Positions 32,944-45,485 of a DNA stretch of 64,000 bases are shown here, in pieces. The position numbers were made by a program, and so were the translations under genes. Each line of letters starts with the position of its first letter. Position 1 is the first letter of the stretch. Where the stretch lies: NCBI GenBank assembly GCA_013626165.1, contig NDHX01000003.1, positions 64,115 through 128,114 of the forward strand. Reading direction: 5' to 3'. Under the pieces are notes generated by a model. The model did no database searches. It was not told the origin of the DNA and saw nothing but the letters and a program-made list of their open reading frames with translations. This DNA is from Candidatus Velesiimonas alkalicola. Lineage in GTDB: Bacteria; Omnitrophota; Gorgyraeia; Velesiimonadales; Velesiimonadaceae.

Positions 32944-34166
32944 TATTTCTCCTGTAATGCTGCAATCCCGGGCAAAACCTTGCCCTCCATATATTCAAGT
33001 GATGCACCTCCACCTGTGGAGATGTGTGTGATGCTATCTGTAAAGCCCATCTGCTGAACAGCTGCAACACTGTCTCCGCCACCTACTATTGTAATACCGC
33101 CCTTTTTGGTACATTCCGCACAGGCTTTGGCAATAGAAAGTGTTCCCTGTTCAAACCCCTTCATCTCAAATACACCCATAGGACCGTTCCACATAACCAT
33201 CTTTGCACCTATTATTTGTTTTGAATAAATTTCCCTTGCTCTCGGACCTATGTCCAGTGCCATCCATCCCTTGCAAAGTTCAGGTGTATCAACGGTCTTT
33301 TTGTTTGCAAATGGATCAAACTTATCTGCAATGATATGGTCAACAGGCAAAAGTATTTCCTTGTTTTTTTGTTTTGCCATCTCCAGTGTCTCACCTGCGA
33401 TCTTCAGAATATCTATTTCTTTGCCTTTTTTATCCGTTATTTTTCCTTCTACCCTGGAATCTCCAACCTCACAGCCCTGTGCTCTTAAAAATGTATAAGC
33501 CATTGCACCACCGATAAGACAGGTATCTACAATATTAAGAATATTTTTTATAACATTTATCTTGTCTGATACCTTTGCACCTCCTAAAACAGCAACAAAG
33601 GGCCTTCTGGGATTTGCAAGCGAATCACCAATATATTTTATTTCCTTCTCCATCAAAAAACCGGCAACAGAAGAAAGAAAGTGTGCCACACCTTCTGTAG
33701 ATGAATGTGCCCTGTGGGCTGTTCCAAATGCATCATTTACGAATATATCGCCCAGTAAGGCAATCTTTTTTGAAAATTCAAGGTCATTTGCCTCTTCTTC
33801 CGGATAAAATCTTACATTTTCAAGAAGAACCACATCGCCTGATGACATATTCAAAGATATACTTCTAATCTCATCTCCTATACAATCTTTAACATATAAC
33901 ACCTTTTTGCCTAAAAGTTCCTCAAGCCTTTTTGCAACAGGACCCAGCCTCATAGATTCTACAACCTTGCCATCTGGTCTTCCCAAGTGGCTTATCAGAA
34001 TTGTCTTGGCACCCTGCTTTATACAATATCTTATTGTATTAAGTGCAGCCCTTATCCTTGTATCATCTGTAATATTTAAACTCTTATCAAGTGGCACATT
34101 AAAATCAACCCGCATCAATATTCTTTTACCCTGCAGTTCAATATCTCTTACTGTTTTCTTTGCCAT
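32943..34166 (-). CDS. pgk: Phosphoglycerate kinase
   Basis: RVDFNVP, SHLGRP, LLENVRF, DAFGTAHRAHSS, GGAKVSDK, STGGGASLE; start likely ATG 34166. Confidence 0.97.
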   Translation of the reverse strand: MAKKTVRDIELQGKRILMRVDFNVPLDKSLNITDDTRIRAALNTIRYCIKQGAKTILISHLGRPDGKVVESMRLGPVAKRLEELLGKKVLYVKDCIGDEIRSISLNMSSGDVVLLENVRFYPEEEANDLEFSKKIALLGDIFVNDAFGTAHRAHSSTEGVAHFLSSVAGFLMEKEIKYIGDSLANPRRPFVAVLGGAKVSDKINVIKNILNIVDTCLIGGAMAYTFLRAQGCEVGDSRVEGKITDKKGKEIDILKIAGETLEMAKQKNKEILLPVDHIIADKFDPFANKKTVDTPELCKGWMALDIGPRAREIYSKQIIGAKMVMWNGPMGVFEMKGFEQGTLSIAKACAECTKKGGITIVGGGDSVAAVQQMGFTDSITHISTGGGASLEYMEGKVLPGIAALQEK

Positions 34167-34239
34167 AATAATCATCCCTCATCTTAGAGCGCCAGGGCAC
34201 CAGTCGCCTATTCTTTGGTTATTGGGATTTGGTCATTGG

Positions 34240-36061
<1,822 letters not shown>

Positions 36062-36065
<4 letters not shown>

Positions 36066-37450
36066 CCTTGTTCCTTCAGCCTCATTACTTCTTCTTTAAA
36101 AATCTCCCCCCGATGCTCAAAGCTATCAAACATATCAAAACTGGCACATCCTGGAGATAGCAAAACCACGCCTTTAGGTTTTGCCTCCTTAAAAGAGAGT
36201 CTGACTGCTTCTTCCATGCTGCGGGCTTTCTTCATGCGGATTACTCCATTTAGATGGGTGCAAATTTTAGAAGTAGCCTCACCTATTAAAACCACGAGTT
36301 TAATTTTACTTGCATCAATAGGGGTATTGGCTAAGGCAGGCTTTAATAACGAAAAATCTCCTCCCTTATCTCTTCCTCCTATTATGAGCGATATTTGACC
36401 CGGGGCAGAATTAAGACTTGAGACCGCCTTCAAAACAGCATCTACATTGGTAGCCTTAGAGTCATTGATGAAATCTACCCCGTCAAAATGGGTTACAAAT
36501 TCCATTCGGTGGTTTAAACCCCTGAATGTTCTCAGCCCCTTCTTGATAAGATCTGTATTTAGTCCCTCTAATAGAGGAGGCAGAGACGCAGCTAAGGCAT
36601 TTTCTACATTATGAAAACCAGGAAGCTGAAAATCTGAAAAAGTACAAAAAGAGAGCTCCCTGTTGTGATCCCGAAATATGAAATTATTCCCTCTTAAAAA
36701 AGCGCCTTTTGAAACTTCTGACCTTCGGGAGAACCAATAAATTTCTCCTTTGACTGACCTGTTAAAATGCCTTTGGGTCAATGAATCATCAAGGTTTAAA
36801 ATAACTTTATTCTGACAGGTAATATTTTTAAAAATATTTTTTCTGGTTTCTATGTAAGATTCCATAGAAGGATATCGGTCGAGATGATCTGCAGTTATAT
36901 TGGTTAAAATAATATAGTTGGGTTTAAATGTTTTTACATACTCTAATTGGAAGCAAGATACCTCTACAACTGCATATTCATCAGCCATTATACTCTCAAC
37001 TCTGCTGATAAAAGGGATGCCGATATTCCCCAAAAGATAACTTTTTCTTCCTGCAGTTTTAAAAAGATGATGCACCAAGGTTGCAGTAGTAGATTTCCCA
37101 TTTGTTCCGGTTATACAGATTAGTTTTCCCTTTAAAAATCTAAATGCTAACTCAATCTCGGAGATAACTTCTTTGCCAAGTGTTTTGAGTTTTTTGAATT
37201 CAGGAAATCTAAAGGCACTCACCCCCGGACTCATTACGATAAGCTGTGTTTGAGCTATCCCATCAAAATCAAACGGACCGAAATTAAATCTTACCCCCTT
37301 TTTTTTCAAAAATCCCAAGTCTTTAAATTCTTTGTCTGTCTTTTCGTCAAATACGGTAAGATTAGCTTTTTTATTCAGAAGAAAATCAACTACTGCTTTT
37401 CCGGTTAATCCAAATCCAATCACTGCTATTTTTTTATTTTTTAATTCCAC
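36062..37450 (-). CDS. murD: UDP-N-acetylmuramoyl-L-alanine:D-glutamate ligase (carbamylation Lys replaced by Arg)
   Basis: [65 protein letters not shown]. Confidence 0.93.
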
Positions 37451-39113
37451 AAGAATCCCCCGTATCTATACTTGCACCTTTATCTGCACTAGAAACGCTG
37501 TTTCTGTATTGAGAAAGGCATCCTTTAATTTCTCCTTCTTTGGGTAGCCAATGCAATCTCCTCTTTTCAAGTTCTTCTTCAGAAACTTCTAAATCTATTC
37601 TTCTATTGGGAATATCTATCAAAATGACGTCTCCTTCTTTAATTAGAGCGATGGAACCTCCATCGGCTGCTTCAGGTGATATATGACCTATACAGGGGCC
37701 GCGTGTTCCACCTGAGAACCTACCGTCAGTAATAAGGGCTACTGATTCAGATAAGCCTAAACCACAGATAGCTGAAGTTGGCGCTAACATCTCCCGCATA
37801 CCCGGGCCGCCTTTTGGCCCTTCATAGCGAATAACTACTACATCGCCCTTATTTATTTGGCCTGTAAGTATTGCCTGATGAGCATCTTCCTCACAGTCAA
37901 ATATCCGCGCCTTGCCCTTAAACTTTTGCATCTTCTCTACCACCGCAGTCTGTTTCACTACCGCTCCTTTGGGAGCCAGATTTCCGTAGAGAATGGCAAG
38001 TCCTCCTGTGGGATGAACTGGGTTATCCAAAGAGCGGATTACTTCCGGATTTAAAACTTTCGCATCAGCTATATTCTCACCAATAGTTTTTCCTGTGACA
38101 GTCCGACAATTTAGGTTCAATAGAGGTTCAAGCCTCTTCATTATCGCCGGCACGCCCCCGGCTCTATCTAAATCCTGCATTGTCCAAGAGCCACCCGGAC
38201 GCATATTGCAGATATGTGGTGTGGTTTTAGAAAGTTCGTCAAATAGGTTTAAAGGAATCTCTAATTCGCATTCTTTGGCGATTGCTAAGACTTCCAGGAC
38301 ATCATTGGTAGAGCCGGCTACAGCTAAAGAGACTCTTATCCAATTCTGAAAAGCGGAAAAAGTCATTATCTTTCTTGCGCTAATCTCGTGAGTTACCAAA
38401 TGGACTATCTGTTTTCCTGTGTCTTTGGCAATATCCTTCTTTTTAGGGTCCAAAGCATGAGAAGTAGCGCAGCCTGGCAAGGATAACCCTAATGCTTCTA
38501 CTCCACAGGCTAAGGTATTGGCGCTGAACATCCCGGCACAGGTTCCTGCTCCTGGACAGGCACAACTTTCCAGTTCTTTCAATTCCTCTTTGCTCATCTT
38601 ACCTTGCGAAACCTCACCTATAGCCTCAAAGACATCAATTATATCTACAGGTCTGCCCTTAAAAGCACCAGGTAGCATCGGGCCACCGGTAAGGGCTATA
38701 GTAGGAATATCAAGTCTGCCAGCAGCCATTAAATGTCCCGGAACAATTTCATCACAGGCCGGGATAAGCACCATTCCATCAAAGGCGTGAGCCTCAATCA
38801 TTATCTCAATAGAGTTAGCAATTACATCTCTTGAAGGTAAAGAATACTTCATCCCCTTATGACCCATAGCCAGACCATCACAGACAGCAATAGTGTGAAA
38901 TTCAAAAGGCACACCACCTGCAGATTTAATACCTTCTTTTACTGACTTAGCTAATTCTTGCAAATGAATGTGCCCGGGAACAATCTCTGTCCAGGAATTA
39001 ACTACCGCAATGAATGGTTTCCCAAAATCTGCATCCTTTACCCCGCAGGCTTTAAGCAGCGCACGATGTGGCGCCTGCTCCAAGCCTTTTTTAATTCTAT
39101 TACTTCTGGACAT
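37434..39113 (-). CDS. ilvD: Dihydroxy-acid dehydratase (carbamylation Lys replaced by Glu)
   Basis: [62 protein letters not shown]. Confidence 0.93.
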   Translation of the reverse strand: MSRSNRIKKGLEQAPHRALLKACGVKDADFGKPFIAVVNSWTEIVPGHIHLQELAKSVKEGIKSAGGVPFEFHTIAVCDGLAMGHKGMKYSLPSRDVIANSIEIMIEAHAFDGMVLIPACDEIVPGHLMAAGRLDIPTIALTGGPMLPGAFKGRPVDIIDVFEAIGEVSQGKMSKEELKELESCACPGAGTCAGMFSANTLACGVEALGLSLPGCATSHALDPKKKDIAKDTGKQIVHLVTHEISARKIMTFSAFQNWIRVSLAVAGSTNDVLEVLAIAKECELEIPLNLFDELSKTTPHICNMRPGGSWTMQDLDRAGGVPAIMKRLEPLLNLNCRTVTGKTIGENIADAKVLNPEVIRSLDNPVHPTGGLAILYGNLAPKGAVVKQTAVVEKMQKFKGKARIFDCEEDAHQAILTGQINKGDVVVIRYEGPKGGPGMREMLAPTSAICGLGLSESVALITDGRFSGGTRGPCIGHISPEAADGGSIALIKEGDVILIDIPNRRIDLEVSEEELEKRRLHWLPKEGEIKGCLSQYRNSVSSADKGASIDTGDSCGIKK

Positions 39114-39120
39114 TGTTTTT

Positions 39121-40431
39121 TCACCCCATCAAAAACTGCCTTGCCTCTCCTACGGTATATAAGGAGCCCGTAATGCAGATTATATCATTTCCCCCCGCCT
39201 CGTTCAAAGACTCTCTTACTGCCTCTTCTACATCCCCTACGGTGATGACATTCTGATTATACTTAACTGCAACCTTACACAAATCCTCAGGCAGGGTGGC
39301 CCGGGATGTTTTTGGTGCTGTAACCACAACTTTGGAGGCTAAAGGAACGAGTTCTTTCACAATTTTTTCTACCTCTTTATCCTTAAGAATCCCAATAACC
39401 AATATTAGCCTCTCTTTTCTCCCATACGCTAACGGACACGAAAGAAACTCCAAAAGAGCCCCTTTAAGTTGTTCTGCTGCGGGATGATTATGGGCACCAT
39501 CTAAAATCACCAGGGGCGCGTGCCGCACTATTTCCAACCTGCCCGGCCAGCGGGTTGTGGCCAACCCACTCCTTGCATTCTCATCACTGAGCAAAATATT
39601 ATGAAACTTAAGAAGCTCTATCGCGCCAAGAGCGCAGCAGGCATTAATTAGTTGGTACTTACCTAAAAGTGAAATTTTCAAATTCTTAAATTCAGAGAAA
39701 ATCCCTTTTACCCCAAATGACTGATTTTCCAAATCTGATTCTAAAAACTCGCATTTTATATCTCTACCTACCTGAAATAGTCGCGCATTGCATCGCTGGC
39801 AGACCTTTTCAATTACTGCAAGTGCTTCTCCTTTGGCAGCCGTAATTACCAAGCCATTTTTTTTGATAATCCCGGCATCTTCCCGGGCAATAGAATCAAT
39901 CTCAGATCCCAATATATCCATGTGGTCATAGTCGCTATTGGTTATCACCGAAACCAGGGGTTCAACTACATTTGTGGCATCTAATCTTCCTCCCAACCCT
40001 ACCTCCAGGACAGCAAAATCCACTTTTTCTTCAAAAAAATAGGTTAGAGCCATCGCTGTAAGAACCTCAAAGAAAGTCGGATGGCCAAATTCAGAGTCAG
40101 CGAATATCTTTTTAATTTGTGATTTAATTTTAGCTAATAATTCTACTACTTTCTCTTCAGGTATCTGACTGCCATTTATGGCTATCCGTTCCCTAAAGTT
40201 AGTTAAATGAGGAGAGGTGTATCTACCTACTTTAAAGCCTGCCTCTTTTAATATAGAGCTGATAAATGCTGTGGTAGAACCTTTTCCATTTGTCCCGGCG
40301 ATATGAATGGACTTAAACTTTACTTGAGGATTTCCTAAAATTTCAAGGAGCCTTTTTATGTTAGACAGACCCAATTTAATGCCAAATCTCTCTAGACTAT
40401 GTAAATAAGCCAGAGCCTGTTTATAGGTCAT
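39121..40431 (-). CDS. folC: Folylpolyglutamate synthase/dihydrofolate synthase (carbamylation Lys replaced by Asp)
   Basis: [66 protein letters not shown]. Confidence 0.94.
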   Translation of the reverse strand: MTYKQALAYLHSLERFGIKLGLSNIKRLLEILGNPQVKFKSIHIAGTNGKGSTTAFISSILKEAGFKVGRYTSPHLTNFRERIAINGSQIPEEKVVELLAKIKSQIKKIFADSEFGHPTFFEVLTAMALTYFFEEKVDFAVLEVGLGGRLDATNVVEPLVSVITNSDYDHMDILGSEIDSIAREDAGIIKKNGLVITAAKGEALAVIEKVCQRCNARLFQVGRDIKCEFLESDLENQSFGVKGIFSEFKNLKISLLGKYQLINACCALGAIELLKFHNILLSDENARSGLATTRWPGRLEIVRHAPLVILDGAHNHPAAEQLKGALLEFLSCPLAYGRKERLILVIGILKDKEVEKIVKELVPLASKVVVTAPKTSRATLPEDLCKVAVKYNQNVITVGDVEEAVRESLNEAGGNDIICITGSLYTVGEARQFLMG

Positions 40432-41957
40432 CCCAAAAATCCTCTCAAGGTTCCTGCCTCTTCAATTAACATAGTGGGATTTTCCTTTTTTTTCAACAAA
40501 AGCAAGATATTTGAGGTCAATCTTTTATGGACGATATGGCTGCTTGTTTGAGGCTCTGTCGACACTTTTAAAGTATTTTCTATAATTTTTAAATCTTCTT
40601 CTATGTCTTTTAAGTTCGGATATTTCTTTTTGAGCCTCTTTATATTTTCCCGGTTAACAAATCTGCAAGATCTTTCCAAATCCCACCTTAAATTAGTGTA
40701 GTGCCTTTCCAAAACTTCTCCAAGACCTTTTTTTTGAATTATTTTTAATGCCCTGCCTGCGCCAATAATCTCAGGTGGAATACCTAAAGAATACAGAGAG
40801 CATGTAAAGGTAATGGCGCGAGGAAAATGAACCCCACGGGTAAATTCCCGGGAATAACCAAACAGTCCTATATGCAGCCTTCGTTCTCTTCGTGAAGGAA
40901 CAAATTTAGCAGTCTCATTTATCAATCCTGCTATTTTAGTAATATCTCGGCGATAATAAGTCTTGAAAACCTTTATAATCTCTTCCAGGGCTTTTAAGTC
41001 TTTGCTTTCTATTAAGGTCATTTTATCTGGTTTTAGCAATTTTGTATTCAGAGTTTTTATCGCCTTTTTAACCCTATCAGGCGGATGGTCATATCGGAAA
41101 GAAGACTGTATAGTCACTGTTTTAATCCCCGGATACTCTTTCAGGAAATTCTTGATATTTTCAGGCGAAAGATGTCCTCTGAAAGGAACGGTGCCACAAC
41201 CAATGATGGGATAGACTTTAATACCTAATTTTGAAGATACCTGATGTGATTTTGATAAGGCGATCTTTGCTGCCAGAACCGCTGGAACCAACCCATAATT
41301 TAGTGCCGGGTCAGAACGGGCAATGAATGGACGAATGTATTCAAGCTTTTTGATTTTTGCTAACCCATTTTTATTATAAAGCTCTACATATTTTTCAAGT
41401 AACTTATCTATATCAAGCAAATGAGGGATATCTTCAATGAGGGGAATTATCTCAACAGTGGGTGGATTTCCACTTCCGATTTTTGCAGTTGAGTCCATAC
41501 TAACAAGATGAGATAACTCGGTAAATTTTGTTTGGATATAAATCAATTGTTCTGCCTGGGTTACCATAGGAAGTATAACTTCAAATATTGGAGGACAATG
41601 AAGTCCTATGTCTTTAGCAATATCATATGCGGTGATGATATTGACAAAGGCACGTAAGATGCGATAGCTTCCTTTCTCAATCCAGATATTGGGAAATCTA
41701 TAAGTAAGAAAGATATCTTTGCCTAAAGAATTTTCCTTAAAGAAAGAAAGGTTTTTTTCAAAGAGCCGCTCAATTACTGCCTCATCTACATATTTCCCCT
41801 CCCAGTCCCACATAAATTCCTCACAACCTAATTCAAGATATGAAATAAAACACTCCCTAACCTCTTCCCGGCTATCAATAAAACTTTTACCAAGCCAGAA
41901 TGCCTTTCCAGCATTATCTGGATGTTGTGTAACCATAGTCCTAGGTATTTTCCTCAT
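40428..41957 (-). CDS. ppcA: Archaeal-type phosphoenolpyruvate carboxylase
   Basis: MRKIPRTMVTQHPDNA, EFMWDWEGK, IFEVILPM, IIPLIED, RPFIARSDPALNYG, PFRGHL, RLHIGLFGYSR, PRAITFT; start set at ATG 41957. Confidence 0.92.
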   Translation of the reverse strand: MRKIPRTMVTQHPDNAGKAFWLGKSFIDSREEVRECFISYLELGCEEFMWDWEGKYVDEAVIERLFEKNLSFFKENSLGKDIFLTYRFPNIWIEKGSYRILRAFVNIITAYDIAKDIGLHCPPIFEVILPMVTQAEQLIYIQTKFTELSHLVSMDSTAKIGSGNPPTVEIIPLIEDIPHLLDIDKLLEKYVELYNKNGLAKIKKLEYIRPFIARSDPALNYGLVPAVLAAKIALSKSHQVSSKLGIKVYPIIGCGTVPFRGHLSPENIKNFLKEYPGIKTVTIQSSFRYDHPPDRVKKAIKTLNTKLLKPDKMTLIESKDLKALEEIIKVFKTYYRRDITKIAGLINETAKFVPSRRERRLHIGLFGYSREFTRGVHFPRAITFTCSLYSLGIPPEIIGAGRALKIIQKKGLGEVLERHYTNLRWDLERSCRFVNRENIKRLKKKYPNLKDIEEDLKIIENTLKVSTEPQTSSHIVHKRLTSNILLLLKKKENPTMLIEEAGTLRGFLG

Positions 41958-42091
41958 GGTATTTATATTTTTTACATTGTGGCAGGCTAAAGAACTTGCG
42001 ACTACCAGTGTCATGAAATATATCAAATATCTCACCCCGATTTGAAGTTGGGGGGATTTTTGAACTTTCTACATACACATAGACTTTTAGT

Positions 42092-42119
42092 ATTATCCAA
42101 GTAAGAAAGTTTTTGTCAA
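42092..42119 (-). promoter_or_regulatory. Putative promoter of the ppcA-folC-ilvD-murD-larB block
   Basis: TTGACA (42119-42114), 16 bp, GATAAT (42097-42092). Confidence 0.45.
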
Positions 42120-42121
42120 GT

Positions 42122-42716
42122 ATGCATATTGATAAGCTTCGTACAAAAAGTAAAATAAAAAATATGAAGACATATAAGAAATGTGGAAAATGAGGGCTTG
42201 ATATTAAGATGCCAAGTATAAAAACTTTTAAGAATCAATTCCCAAATTATCAGATAACAATTATAGTCCCTGAATATACATCTATATGTCCAAAAACAAA
42301 ACTACCTGATTTTGGAACAATAACAATATGGTATATCCCGGGTGAATTCTGTCTTGAATTGAAATCGTTAAAAGAATACATAAACTGTTATAGAAATATC
42401 GGAATATTTTATGAGAATGCCATAAACAGGATATTATTGACCTTTGCATAAATAATGGAAAAATATCTTCAGGGATAAATAGGGTCAACTCTATTTTCTT
42501 TTTTTAATAATACTACATTGGTTTTTTAGAGAAAATAGAGTTGACCCTATTTATATTTATCATTTACCATGGAGACGATAAAAGTTTCCATTATTTATGC
42601 AAAGGTCATTAAGAGACATTGTAAAGTCTGTGCATCCAAAAAAGGCAATAATTACAGGTGAAATTTAATCCGAGGAGGGGGTATTAAATCAATAATAAAG
42701 GCAGAATACCCATTAT
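42122..42716 (+). pseudogene. queF: preQ0 reductase QueF pseudogene interrupted by a MITE
   Basis: PEYTSICPKTKLPDFG, ELKSLKEY, GIFYENAINRIL, then the insertion, then RDIVKSVHPKKAIITGE and a frameshifted FNPR/GGIKS; the N-terminus is also disrupted. Confidence 0.88.
42437..42611. mobile_element. MITE with perfect 24-bp TIRs inserted in queF
   Basis: TGACCTTTGCATAAATAATGGAAA (42438-42461) / TTTCCATTATTTATGCAAAGGTCA (42585-42608); TTA/TA target duplication; inner perfect 25-bp inverted repeat 42475-42499 / 42530-42554. Confidence 0.92.
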
Positions 42717-42776
42717 GGGGCCTGTTGCACAACCCCGATAGAACACCGCAGGGCCTGCCCCGACTTGTCTGGGGAT

Positions 42777-42912
42777 TGTAAATATTCAGTCAACTGCGTT
42801 GCCTGAAGGCACAAAGTAGCAAAAGCACAAAGCATGAGAAAAGAAGATAAAAAGACAGTAAACTTTGTGCCTCTGTGCTTAAAATATGAACGGTGTTTAG
42901 TGAATATTTACA
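42777..42912. mobile_element. MITE family A, copy 2
   Basis: Perfect 12-bp TIR TGTAAATATTCA / TGAATATTTACA, internal GCACAAAG repeats; homologous to 22735-22894. Confidence 0.82.
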
Positions 42913-42953
42913 ACAGTTTTTATTCGGTGGAAACTAATTTTAAGGCATTTATA

Positions 42954-43826
42954 TTACGCAAGCAAAGTTTTGAGATAAATCGTATCTTTTTTTAACACCT
43001 CTTTTTTCTCTTCGGGCTTGGCAAATTTACCCAGGCTTTCGTCTTCAATAGTAAGAGGCCCTTCATACCCAGCGCTTTTTAATATCTGGACGACCCGCCC
43101 ATGGTCAATGTCCCCGTCATAAACAGGACTGACATACTTTTCGTAGTCCCACCCAACTTCCCGTCTTCGGTTTCGATTCTTTTCCGGGTACCGGATATTC
43201 TTTACATGGGTATGTTTGGTGTATTTAGAGACGGACGAAAGTATTTCATATACTTCGTTCAATGGAAAACCATACCAGTAAAAATTGCCAGTATCCATGT
43301 TAATGCCCAGCCGTATATTGTCCACCTGTTTGATGATCCTGTGCAAAAAGTTCGGATCGTTTCCTTGTAATCCGTGGTTTTCTATGCCTAATTGAACCGG
43401 GCTTCCTTCCGTGGCAGAAAGAACTTCCTTTATACAGGACACAAAACGGTTAACTCTATATTCAAAAGGCTCCTCCAGTTCTCCTTCGGTGACGGCATCA
43501 ATACGAATGACTGGTATCTTCAGGGTTTCTGCAGTTCTTACAACATCAATTACCCAGTTCACCTCTCCAGACCGGTCAGCACAGTTGAAGTTATTATGTA
43601 GCAGAAAGGCACAGATTCTGATGCTGGCAGGTTCGTAAGATTTTTTTATCGTTTCTGCCAAATTATTCCTGTCCAAAGACATCTTCTGCCAGGAACTGGC
43701 TGCATAGACGGCATAGTCCCGAAAAAATTCCACTTCCACGCTGTCAAGACCTAAATCCTTAAGCCCTTCTGCAATACTTAAGTACCCTGCCTGATACAGG
43801 ATATCTTCTCTGATTGAAATGTACAT
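42954..43826 (-). CDS. Sugar phosphate isomerase/epimerase (xylose isomerase-like TIM barrel)
   Basis: LGIENHG, NMDTGNFY, HTHVKN, GDIDH, LTIEDE; ATG 43826 after GGAGG. Confidence 0.87.
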   Translation of the reverse strand: MYISIREDILYQAGYLSIAEGLKDLGLDSVEVEFFRDYAVYAASSWQKMSLDRNNLAETIKKSYEPASIRICAFLLHNNFNCADRSGEVNWVIDVVRTAETLKIPVIRIDAVTEGELEEPFEYRVNRFVSCIKEVLSATEGSPVQLGIENHGLQGNDPNFLHRIIKQVDNIRLGINMDTGNFYWYGFPLNEVYEILSSVSKYTKHTHVKNIRYPEKNRNRRREVGWDYEKYVSPVYDGDIDHGRVVQILKSAGYEGPLTIEDESLGKFAKPEEKKEVLKKDTIYLKTLLA

Positions 43827-43884
43827 AAATACCTCCTGTCTGAGTACCAGAGCACCTGAGCACCAGTGCACCAGTTACCTGTTC

Positions 43885-45114
43885 TTATGAACCTCTTGCC
43901 GAATGGGAAAGTATATGTTTTAACTTTTCTTTTTTTGTTTTAAGATATTTTTTATTCCAGGGTGTTGGGTCTATCTCAAGCGGAACCCTTTCTACAACCC
44001 TAACCCCGTATCCGGATAAACCCACTATCTTCCGCGGATTATTTGTCATAAGTCTTAAATTCTGCAAACCAAGGTCCACAAGTATTTGTGCCCCAATTCC
44101 ATATTCTCTTAAGTCGGCTGAAAAACCAAGCCTCTTGTTTGCCTCAATAGTATCAAGCCCTTTATCCTGAAGTTCATATGCTTTTATTTTATTTGCAAGC
44201 CCTATGCCCCTTCCTTCCTGTCTCATATAAAGAATTACACCCCTGCCTTCCTGTTTTACCTTTTCCAGAGCCATTTTTAGTTGAAATCCGCAATCGCATC
44301 TTCCGGAATTAAAAACATCTCCTGTCAAACATTCTGAATGGACACGGACAAGAATGGGCTTCTTAAGGTTTTCCCCTGTATCTGTTAAAACAAGGGCAAT
44401 GTGGTACTTACCGTCAATAAGACTCTGGTATGTGTAAAGTTTAAATATCCCCCAGGGGGTCGGAAGAGATGTTGTGGAAATTTTTTTAACAAGTTTCTCT
44501 TTTCTTCTTTTATAGCCTATAAGTTCCTCTATGGATATTATTGAAAGTTTATATTTTTTAGAAAAACTTAAAAGTTCAGGAAGTCGTGCCATTCTCCCAT
44601 CTTTTGACATAATCTCACATATTACACCGATGGGGGGAAGTCCAGCCATCTTTAATAAGTCCACACAGGCCTCGGTATGTCCTGCTCGGACAAGACAACC
44701 TCCTTCTCTTGCCCTTAACGGAAAAATATGTCCGGGGCTTATAAAGTCATCTGATGTAGAAGAAGGATTGGCAAGTAATTTTATTGTAACAGAACGGTCA
44801 TAAGCAGATATACCTGTTGTAATTCCTTTTGCGGCGTCAACCGATATTGTGAACGCCGTTTTGAAAGGGTCTTTTAGTTTTTGGACCATAGGCTCTAACT
44901 TCAACCTATCAATACTTAAACCGTCCATAGGGACACAGATAAGCCCTTTACCATGATGAGCCATAAAATTTATTGCAGAAGGTGTAGCAAAAGATGCAGC
45001 AACAATAAAATCCCCCTCGTTTTCTCTGTTTTCGTCATCCACAACGATTATCATCCTGCCCTTTTTGAGGTCTTTTATTGCCTGTTCTATTGTATTAAAA
45101 ATTGATTTTTTCAT
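43885..45114 (-). CDS. ribBA: Bifunctional DHBP synthase / GTP cyclohydrolase II
   Basis: [37 protein letters not shown]...[20 protein letters not shown]; start likely ATG 45114. Confidence 0.96.
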   Translation of the reverse strand: MKKSIFNTIEQAIKDLKKGRMIIVVDDENRENEGDFIVAASFATPSAINFMAHHGKGLICVPMDGLSIDRLKLEPMVQKLKDPFKTAFTISVDAAKGITTGISAYDRSVTIKLLANPSSTSDDFISPGHIFPLRAREGGCLVRAGHTEACVDLLKMAGLPPIGVICEIMSKDGRMARLPELLSFSKKYKLSIISIEELIGYKRRKEKLVKKISTTSLPTPWGIFKLYTYQSLIDGKYHIALVLTDTGENLKKPILVRVHSECLTGDVFNSGRCDCGFQLKMALEKVKQEGRGVILYMRQEGRGIGLANKIKAYELQDKGLDTIEANKRLGFSADLREYGIGAQILVDLGLQNLRLMTNNPRKIVGLSGYGVRVVERVPLEIDPTPWNKKYLKTKKEKLKHILSHSARGS

Positions 45115-45186
45115 AATAAAAAAATAAGAACCCGTTGCACAACGGGACCTTCTTGTGTGTATGCTCACAGACTCTAAAAAAACGAG

Positions 45187-45259
45187 TGTCCCCAGGGGGA
45201 TTCGAACCCCCGCCGAGGGCTCGAAAGGCCCTTGTCCTAGGCCTCTAGACGATGGGGAC
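45187..45259 (-). tRNA. tRNA-Glu(TTC)
   Basis: GTCCCCATCGTCTAGAGGCCTAGGACAAGGGCCTTTCGAGCCCT...GGTTCGAATCCCCCTGGGGACA. Confidence 0.95.
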
Positions 45260-45409
45260 GCTATAAATCACACCACTTGCAATTTTATTTATGCTCTTAA
45301 CGTTTTCCATACCTGTCAGGGGACTTCTCTGTCAAGACACCAGAGCACCGGTTGCCTGTCACCATTTTTTTCCTACATACTGTCTACTATCTACTACCTA
45401 CTATGTTTA

Positions 45410-45485
45410 TGGTGAGCCGCCCGAGACTCGAACTCGGCACACCCACCTTAAAAGGGTGGTGCTCTACCTGATGAGCTAGCGGCTC
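45410..45485 (-). tRNA. tRNA-Lys(TTT)
   Basis: GAGCCGCTAGCTCATCAGGTAGAGCACCACCCTTTTAAGGTGG...AGTTCGAGTCTCGGGCGGCTCACCA. Confidence 0.95.

Noticed and set aside
41958-42035. Signal-peptide-like N-terminal extension of PpcA in the ORF track
   Set aside because: The family begins at MRKIPRTM (41957); the extension runs through a decayed palindrome
42122-42716. Programmed frameshift, readthrough or splicing to rescue queF
   Set aside because: Multiple independent lesions on both sides of a TIR-bounded insertion fit decay better
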